A stretch of 12,876 nucleotides of DNA from Candidatus Micrarchaeota archaeon. Its GTDB lineage: Archaea > Micrarchaeota > Micrarchaeia > Norongarragalinales > UBA8480. The notes below the pieces were generated by a model. It made no database searches. It had not been told where the DNA came from and saw only the letters and a program-made list of their open reading frames with translations. Of the stretch, positions 7,327-12,876 are shown one piece after another. A program made the translations under genes and the position numbers. Each line of letters opens with the position of its first letter. The stretch's first letter is position 1. The stretch is from NCBI GenBank assembly GCA_043805855.1, contig JAZDHP010000039.1:1-12876 (forward strand). Reading direction: 5' to 3'.

Positions 7327-7914
7327 ATGAAACCCATTTCCCACGTTGCAGTAATTATACACCCGCATTACACATTTGACTATTTCAATCACCCGCCGCG
7401 AGCTACGCAGAAAAAATTACCACTAACGCGAGCGAATCTAGCCCAAATGGTTGCAGACAGCGACGCATACACTGAACGCATGTTTCGTTCAATCGCGGCA
7501 ACAAATCGATTTTACAAGAGAGAAATTCAGCGAGTTAAGAAAAACCCCAATGCAATTCTCGCAATGGCGTTTTAAACTAACGAAGACATACTTAGCGATG
7601 TAGCGTTTGAAATGAAAAAACACCGCGCGTTGCCATCAACAATTGCAGACATGCTGACTCACAATCAATTAAACCAACTTAAACTAGAGCAAATGGCAAA
7701 AAAATTAGGTAAGCGCTACATTGCACTACCACCAAGTCCCTACCGTGCCGGCGAACACTTAAAAAGAACAATTATGGAGAGAAAAATCGTACTAGACAAA
7801 GGCGCAAAAATGCACGTTTTTGGAGAAATGCGCAGAGCATGCGTTGAAGCAGCACATTACAGTTTAAAAGAAGCCGGCTTTAACCCACAAATAATTGAAT
7901 CAAAAAGCGTCTAA
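7327..7914 (+). pseudogene. Single ~195-codon gene interrupted by one in-frame TAA (7573-7575); weak isochorismatase/cysteine-hydrolase-like pattern
   Basis: ORFs 7327-7575 and 7612-7914 are in the same frame, and the 12 codons between them (TNEDILSDVAFE) are open. Motifs: VAVIIHPHY near the N-terminus and VFGEMRRACV near the C-terminus. Confidence 0.6.
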
Positions 7915-7928
7915 AAAAATATTTATAG

Positions 7929-8378
7929 CTACTTAGATTTTCTTTCAAAAAGTTTTTTACTCTTGTAAGGCCAACGAATTACTTCAATTGGCTTGATTTT
8001 GTCAAGCTCTTCTAAAAGTTCATCAGGGAACCATGAAGAAGAAAAATTAGCCTCGCCTTTAGAGTGCTTAATAAATAACGTTGGAAACCCGCCTTCAACG
8101 CTATAAAAAATTCTAATTAATTTAACTCCAGATAATTTAACGATTTTGCTAAAGGGCATAAATAACATAATTGAATTTCCTTTCACCTCTACCGCTGTTG
8201 GCTGCACTATAGTACCGGCGGCAACTACCACAATAAAAAATAAACCACCAACTAACATCGGTAGAAATGCCAAGTAACCTCCTGCAAAGTTTCCAACCGC
8301 TTGAACTATCGCCCAAACGCCGATTAAGAAAATAACGAGCGCAAAAATCCAGTGCCAAACTTTTCTCTCAAAACGCAT
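7929..8378 (-). CDS. Hypothetical membrane protein (two TM helices plus soluble, possibly PH-like, C-terminal domain)
   Basis: Hydrophobic segments VWHWIFALVIFLIGVWAIV and YLAFLPMLVGGLFFIVVVAAGTIV. The ATG at 8378 follows SD GAGGT and is preferred over the TTG at 8426. Confidence 0.75.
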   Translation of the reverse strand: MRFERKVWHWIFALVIFLIGVWAIVQAVGNFAGGYLAFLPMLVGGLFFIVVVAAGTIVQPTAVEVKGNSIMLFMPFSKIVKLSGVKLIRIFYSVEGGFPTLFIKHSKGEANFSSSWFPDELLEELDKIKPIEVIRWPYKSKKLFERKSK

Positions 8379-8426
8379 GAAAACAACCTCGAGTAATACT
8401 AAAACGCAGACGATATAAAAAAGCAA

Positions 8427-10067
8427 CTAGCAAGAAAACACAAACGCAAGTTTTGCTTTTTCCTTTTTATCAAGACGCGCAAACCCAACTCTCTCGAACT
8501 GCACTGCGTCCCCGATTTTCAGCGCAGCGCACTCTTTCTGGCACAAACCTTCAACCACTTTCAAACTATTTTCATTAAACGTTTCGTCATCGTCTTTCAA
8601 AAGCTGGCCAGGATAATAAACAACGCACTTCAACGCATCTTTTCCAACCCACTGTAACTTCTTCGTATCTGGAATTAACTCGTTGCCTGCGTTTTCACCG
8701 TCAATTACGTGCGTTTTCTTGTCAACTTTCTTTACCTTAACGTTGAAACTGTTTTTCAAGCGGAATATTTCGCCGGTTTTCAGCGTGTCAGCGTCGGCTT
8801 TTGGAATGTAAACAACTTCTTTTCCAATTTTCACTTCAACTGGATTAGGCACAAAGAAAAAGTGAGGCGAATTCTCCAGTTCCTTGCGGTTAAACGATAA
8901 TAGCTGGTCAATCGTTGGGTTACTTTCAACTTTGCTCAGGCCAAACGACAGCACGAATTTCGTAATTGCTTCAGGCGTAATCCCACGGCGGCGTAGTCCG
9001 ATCAACGTCGGCAGGCGAGGGTCATCCCAGCCCCACAATTTACCACTTTCAACTAGCGATCGAAGTAAACGCTTTGAAATAGGCATTCTAGTTATTGATA
9101 ACCGAGAAATCGTTACTAGCGTCGGCTTGCGAAGCTTGAGTTTGTCTAGCAAGAAAAAGTAAAGTTCATCGCGCAGTTCATATTCCTTGCTGCGCAGCGG
9201 GTGCGTTACCCCGAGGAGTGAGTCCATCACTGCACCTTGAAAATCATAAGTTGGCCACACGTGGTACTTTGTCCCCTGACGATAATGTGGGGTTTCAATT
9301 ATTCTCCATAACGTTGGATCGCGCATAACTGTGTTCAACGAAGTCATATCTCCCTTCAGACGCACAACTGCCGCTCCCTTCGCGGTTTTTCCACTCAGCA
9401 TTTCTTTCCATAGCTTCAGTTGTTCAATTGGTTTTGCATTGACACAACTACATCTTTTCTTTTTCTCGCGATTTCCAGAAGTTTGCTCTTGCGTACAACT
9501 GCAAACATAGGCATCACCTTGTTTCAACAACTGCCCGTTCAACAAATACATTTTTGGAATCCAATCAGAACAGTAAACCTCTTCATCCCAATTGAGTTTC
9601 AGCCACTTTATACCTTCGCGAATCGCGTCTACGTATTCGAGTTTTTCTGCCTCGGGATTAGTGTCATCCCAACGCATAATCACTTTGCCGCCGTTTTCTC
9701 TAGCCGCAGTCCATTCGAGACAAAACGCCTTTGCATGGCCAATATGCGGATAGCCATTTGGCTCAGGTGGGAAACGCACAACAACTTTTCCTTGTTCAGC
9801 GTTGGGAAAAATTAGTTTCTTCTCTTCTTCTTTCTTTTCAAAATATTCAAACGAAGCCATTTGCTTTTCGATTTCTTTTTTGCTCAACTTGTTAACTTCG
9901 GCAACGATTTTGCCAATTAGTTGCATTGTTGTTTTCATATCTTTCTTCGCATCGGGAAACTCCGCAATTACTTTACCTACAACCCCGCCAGCTTGTGCCT
10001 TCCCATAGTCAAACGCGTTTTTCAAAACGAGTTTGCGAATAATTTGTTCAAGTTGCGATTGTGACAT
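8427..10067 (-). CDS. gltX: Glutamate--tRNA ligase (archaeal, probably non-discriminating)
   Basis: VVVRFPPEPNGYPHIGHAKA (HIGH motif), RWDDTNP, WPTYDF, ISKR (KMSKS equivalent), GWDDPRLPTL and QFERVGFARLD. Has the archaeal N-terminal NAFDYGKA domain. ATG 10067 is preferred over TTG 10073. Confidence 0.95.
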   Translation of the reverse strand: MSQSQLEQIIRKLVLKNAFDYGKAQAGGVVGKVIAEFPDAKKDMKTTMQLIGKIVAEVNKLSKKEIEKQMASFEYFEKKEEEKKLIFPNAEQGKVVVRFPPEPNGYPHIGHAKAFCLEWTAARENGGKVIMRWDDTNPEAEKLEYVDAIREGIKWLKLNWDEEVYCSDWIPKMYLLNGQLLKQGDAYVCSCTQEQTSGNREKKKRCSCVNAKPIEQLKLWKEMLSGKTAKGAAVVRLKGDMTSLNTVMRDPTLWRIIETPHYRQGTKYHVWPTYDFQGAVMDSLLGVTHPLRSKEYELRDELYFFLLDKLKLRKPTLVTISRLSITRMPISKRLLRSLVESGKLWGWDDPRLPTLIGLRRRGITPEAITKFVLSFGLSKVESNPTIDQLLSFNRKELENSPHFFFVPNPVEVKIGKEVVYIPKADADTLKTGEIFRLKNSFNVKVKKVDKKTHVIDGENAGNELIPDTKKLQWVGKDALKCVVYYPGQLLKDDDETFNENSLKVVEGLCQKECAALKIGDAVQFERVGFARLDKKEKAKLAFVFSC

Positions 10068-10079
10068 TTTCAAAACCCT

Positions 10080-11147
10080 TCAAATACTGCGTTTGATTAG
10101 ATACTCTGCAAATGCTTTCAACGCTTCTTTTGCCGGAGATTGTTTAACCAGCGGTTCAAGTTCCTTCCATGCGATTTCCACTAGTTCTTCAGCGCGTTTT
10201 GCACTGTATTTAATTCCACCGTACTTTTCAATAATTGCAATTGCCTCGTCAATAACCTTCTGGTCGTCTGGATGCTGTAGCAAAATTTCCCTTAACCTAG
10301 CGGCGTCTTTCTTGTCCGCTTTTGACAAACAGTAAATCGCCATCAGCGTACGTTTACCTTCGTGAATATCCTCGCCGCGTCCTTTGCCTTTTGCAAACTC
10401 TTCGCCAGTTAAGTTCAAAATGTCATCTTGAATTTGAAACGCAACTCCAATTGTCTCTGCAAATTTTCCAATTGCTTCAACTTGCTCGTCATTTGCCCCA
10501 GCGAGTAACGCGCCGATCTTTGCGCTCATTCTTGCAAGCGTACCGGTTTTGTACGCGCACATTTGCAGATATTCTTGTTCGCTGACGTCGTACTTGTTAC
10601 CCCGATGCCACCAAATATCCATCCCCTGACCGTAAGAAATGTTAATCATTTCCTGCGAGTAAACTTCATACGCTTTTAACAACATCGCATCGGGAAACTT
10701 ACCTTTGTTTTTTATCAAAGCTAAAAGCGGCAAATAGTACATTGCATTGCCAGCATTTATCGCAACGTCCACTCCGTATTTCTTGTGAGTACACGGCTGC
10801 CCGCGTCGCAAAGCAGAGTCGTCTTCAATGTCATCAATCATTAACGTTCCATTGTGCACAACTTCAGGAATTAGTACAAAGTCCATTACTTTTTTCGCGT
10901 CGCCGCCAAACGCCTCGTGGCTTAGTAGGAATAACCCTGGTCGCCAGCGTTTTCCACCGCGCGATAGCAAGTCCCACGCGGGTCCGTGAATACACTGCGA
11001 GGCGGTTTCAACATCATAAGCATAACGCGCTTTACCGCAGATTTTTTCCATTGCCTCGCGAGTTAATTTCTTCGGGATAAACTCTTCAATCTTCGCGTCA
11101 ATTTCCGCCTTGTTACTCTCTAGAACTTTCTTAATATCAACTACCAT
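10080..11147 (-). CDS. idsA: Trans-polyprenyl diphosphate synthase (GGPP synthase/IdsA family)
   Basis: GGKRWRP, FARM LMIDDIEDDSALRRGQP, GQGMD, YKTG, SARM FQIQDDILN and GEDIHEGKRT. Confidence 0.9.
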   Translation of the reverse strand: MVVDIKKVLESNKAEIDAKIEEFIPKKLTREAMEKICGKARYAYDVETASQCIHGPAWDLLSRGGKRWRPGLFLLSHEAFGGDAKKVMDFVLIPEVVHNGTLMIDDIEDDSALRRGQPCTHKKYGVDVAINAGNAMYYLPLLALIKNKGKFPDAMLLKAYEVYSQEMINISYGQGMDIWWHRGNKYDVSEQEYLQMCAYKTGTLARMSAKIGALLAGANDEQVEAIGKFAETIGVAFQIQDDILNLTGEEFAKGKGRGEDIHEGKRTLMAIYCLSKADKKDAARLREILLQHPDDQKVIDEAIAIIEKYGGIKYSAKRAEELVEIAWKELEPLVKQSPAKEALKAFAEYLIKRSI

Positions 11148-11225
11148 CTAATTCAGACCCCCTAAATAATACAATACACGTTAAGCGCAAGAAATAATTT
11201 AAAACACAACTAATGCCTCAACTAG

Positions 11226-11921
11226 CTATTTGCCAAGCGGCATTGTTTTCACCGCATCTATAGCTGCACTTACCCGCTCGTAGGCTTTTGCCGCGTCGCG
11301 CTGTGCAAATACAAATGTTATCTTTCCACGAGTGGAAAAAACATCTTCAATATTAATACCTGCGATTTCAAACTGCTGCGCGAAAAACTGAAGAAGCCCG
11401 GGCACCTCAAAGTTCATCTGCTGAACGTCAACAGTAATTATTGACAAGTTAACAACTTTCACAGAAAGCTTGGCAGGGGAATTAATGCGCGATTCAATAA
11501 TTGGAAGAAAGCGCGAGTTACAAAGTATAACTAATTCGTTTGACCGCGCAATTACGTAAAATTTTTCACCAGCTTTAAAGTCAACTTCTGGCAAAATTTG
11601 TTCAATTTCCTTGAGAAACTCAACTTCCGGCCACTGTTTTATAACAAGCAAACACATGTCACTTCTTAAAATAATCTTACACCCGCGAACAGATTCAAGC
11701 AATTTCGGCGACTTGAAATTCGCAGGTCGCAATTGAATATGTCTTCGTACGGCAACAGCAACTGCATCTAAACTAGCTTCGCCGCCCATCTTTTCAGAAA
11801 CAACAGGAAGAATAAACCGCGCAACAGCAGAATAATTTAACAAATCATAGTCAATAGAAGCACGGAGAAACGTTAACTCACCAAGCACTTCACGCACTGC
11901 GTCGGAAACCGAATAAACCAA
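11226..11921 (-). CDS. Archaeal ACT-domain-containing protein (N-terminal helical/HTH-like domain plus ACT domains)
   Basis: LLNYSAVARFI...DAVAVAVRR N-terminus and VPGLLQFFAQQFEIAGINIEDVFSTRGKITFVF ACT signature. TTG start with upstream GGGGTTGA. Confidence 0.8.
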   Translation of the reverse strand: MVYSVSDAVREVLGELTFLRASIDYDLLNYSAVARFILPVVSEKMGGEASLDAVAVAVRRHIQLRPANFKSPKLLESVRGCKIILRSDMCLLVIKQWPEVEFLKEIEQILPEVDFKAGEKFYVIARSNELVILCNSRFLPIIESRINSPAKLSVKVVNLSIITVDVQQMNFEVPGLLQFFAQQFEIAGINIEDVFSTRGKITFVFAQRDAAKAYERVSAAIDAVKTMPLGK

Positions 11922-11999
11922 AATAAATCAACCCCAATAAACTAAATGCAAAAAAATAGCTAAGCTGCAAAAAAGCCAGTTAAGAAAAGAAGCAAAACA

Positions 12000-12018
12000 A
12001 GTATAAAAACCTTCCGAA
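12000..12018 (-). promoter_or_regulatory. BRE/TATA promoter for the ACT-domain gene
   Basis: Minus strand reads TTCGGAAGGTTTTTATACT, about 80 nt upstream of the TTG at 11921. Confidence 0.45.
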
Positions 12019-12101
12019 ATACGACAAATTATTCGTAAAAACTACACGCCGTTCTTTTTGCTACAAAATCTCTTAAATTTGTCACTACTTGATCAAAAAA
12101 A

Positions 12102-12118
12102 CGGAAACTATTTATATA
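12102..12118 (+). promoter_or_regulatory. Strong BRE/TATA promoter with no coding gene directly downstream
   Basis: CGGAAACTA-TTTATATA. The expected TSS at ~12137-12142 coincides with the 5' arm of the terminal helix GCAGGAG. Confidence 0.65.
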
Positions 12119-12136
12119 CCCATTTTGTAAGGTTTT

Positions 12137-12361
12137 GCAGGAGGTGCTAAACAGCACATAGATAAAAAAACAGATGTAGGTAAAGAGACAGTGTGTTGCG
12201 TGCTGGGAAACAGAACAAGTTTGTGAACGGACCAAGCTAACTCAACTAGGGAGGTTATCCCGTATATAGTTTTGATGTCTTTGGCCTTTGGTTTAAAACC
12301 GTTCGGAATCGCGACCCCTTTCAAGCAAAGAAAAGCGGTTACAAAAAAACAAACTCCTGCG
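12137..12361 (+). ncRNA. Putative structured non-coding RNA of unrecognised family (~225 nt)
   Basis: Has its own TATA box, terminal helix GCAGGAG(12137-43)/CTCCTGC(12354-60) and six further compatible helices found by eye. A T-run lies at 12388-12394. No convincing ORF. Confidence 0.55.
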
Positions 12362-12379
12362 TACCAGCTCGTCACCTTC

Positions 12380-12417
12380 AAAACTAATTCTTTTAAAACT
12401 AGTAAATCATTAGTTTT
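12380..12417 (+). promoter_or_regulatory. TATA box (TTTTAAAA, 12391-12398) flanked by a 9-bp inverted repeat; probable leaderless promoter
   Basis: AAAACTAAT (12380-12388) and ATTAGTTTT (12409-12417). The ATG at 12420 is ~21 nt after the TATA, with no SD. Confidence 0.5.
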
Positions 12418-12419
12418 AC

Positions 12420-12791
12420 ATGGCTAAACAAGAACCTTGGCATAAACGCGCAGCGCGTGCTTTTGGAAGTATTGTAAAAACCAGCAAGAGCGAAACTCAT
12501 GCAACTAGTCGAGAGCATCCCAAGCACCTAGTTGTTTTTGCGAACTGGACAACGGAATCTCCCGGACGTCGAAAACAGCATTTTAAAGTAGCTCAAGTTG
12601 TCGTGAGAGGAGCTAAAACTTACGGAAGCGATATTATAGTCAAACGAGATGGCACGTTCATCTTGCCAGCTAGACAAACTAATTTAGGTTCAACACATAC
12701 GCTACTGCCAATAACCAGAGTGCGCGAGCTAAGCCAAATGGCAAAAGTAATACAAGCAGCGCACAAGGCACTGCTTCAACACGCAAAATAA
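12420..12791 (+). CDS. Hypothetical basic protein (123 aa)
   Basis: ORF with TATA at leaderless spacing. K/R/H-rich, with no recognised motif. Confidence 0.65.
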   Translation: MAKQEPWHKRAARAFGSIVKTSKSETHATSREHPKHLVVFANWTTESPGRRKQHFKVAQVVVRGAKTYGSDIIVKRDGTFILPARQTNLGSTHTLLPITRVRELSQMAKVIQAAHKALLQHAK

Positions 12792-12794
12792 CGT

Positions 12795-12875
12795 TTACGC
12801 TTCAAATTCTTCAATTTGCGTTAAGTATTGGTCGTCGCTTAATATGCGGCCTTGGGCTTTGAGCACTTCTCGAGC
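12795..12875 (-). CDS. 3' end of an unidentified gene running in from beyond the window
   Basis: Open minus frame AREVLKAQGRILSDDQYLTQIEEFEA* ends at a TAA (12795-12797), converging on the 12420-12791 gene. Confidence 0.6.
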   Translation of the reverse strand, partial: AREVLKAQGRILSDDQYLTQIEEFEA

Positions 12876-12876
12876 A

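Noticed and set aside
7573..7575. Genetic-code reassignment of TAA
   Set aside because: TAA, TAG and TGA all terminate conserved genes at expected positions in this window (valS TAA, rps15 TAG, rpl7ae TGA).
864..11080. Numerous shadow ORFs in the track (e.g. 864-1127, 1132-1344, 2652-3019, 3839-4087, 5985-6221, 6481-7170, 8149-8358, 8709-11080)
   Set aside because: They are antisense or alternate-frame overlaps of well-supported genes, with no motifs or start signals.
12200..12272. Group I intron core (TGCTGGGAAA P-like, AACTA/TAGTT P7-like, GTATATAGT S-like)
   Set aside because: There is no room for the P3 3' strand between the P7-like arm and the next hairpin, no convincing Q element or G-binding site, and no host gene. 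The resemblance is probably coincidental, though cmscan would settle it.
12137..12361. RNase P RNA or SRP RNA
   Set aside because: There is no GAGGAAAGUCC-like CR-I element to pair with the loosely CR-V-like AAAGAAAAGCGGTTAC. There is no SRP helix-8 CAGG...GNRA...AGCA motif, and the lone TGTAG is insufficient.
12137..12366. tRNA or tmRNA, suggested by the 7-bp acceptor-like stem and nearby ACCA
   Set aside because: There is no T-arm (GTTCRA) before the 3' strand, the CCA is out of register, there is no anticodon arm or BHB intron pattern, and tmRNA is not known in archaea.
12029..12427. ORFs 12029-12235 (-), 12112-12381 (-) and an unlisted 50-aa ORF at 12275-12427 (+)
   Set aside because: They lack well-placed SD or promoter support, have Cys/Phe-rich or otherwise non-protein-like composition, and overlap promoters and the structured region.
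1..12876. CRISPR array, transposase/integrase, DGR, rRNA or tRNA genes
   Set aside because: By eye I found no regularly spaced direct repeats, TR/VR pair, recombinase or RT motifs, or cloverleafs with T-arms.

Overview
This is an archaeal chromosomal window. Evidence: eS1, eS28, eL24 and L7Ae ribosomal proteins, archaeal-type ValRS and GluRS, TATA/BRE promoters and GAGGT/GGTGA SD motifs. Compaction and orphan content suggest a DPANN lineage, possibly Micrarchaeota-like (inference). The minus strand carries a housekeeping run rpl7ae-rps28e-rpl24e (missed by the ORF track)-valS-rps15-rps3ae and a second run of ACT-domain protein-polyprenyl synthase-gltX-membrane protein. The plus strand carries the 3' part of a PEP-utilizing phospho-His-domain protein, a DUF4258 / Zn-finger-AbrB / GNAT operon with a palindromic operator (candidate toxin-antitoxin module), and three basic orphan genes, one split by a single in-frame TAA. 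The most interesting signal is a ~225-nt non-coding segment (12137-12361). It lies just downstream of a strong TATA box, is closed by a terminal helix and can be hand-folded into a multi-branch structure that matches no RNA family I recognise. There is also a candidate K-turn/K-loop in the rpl7ae leader.
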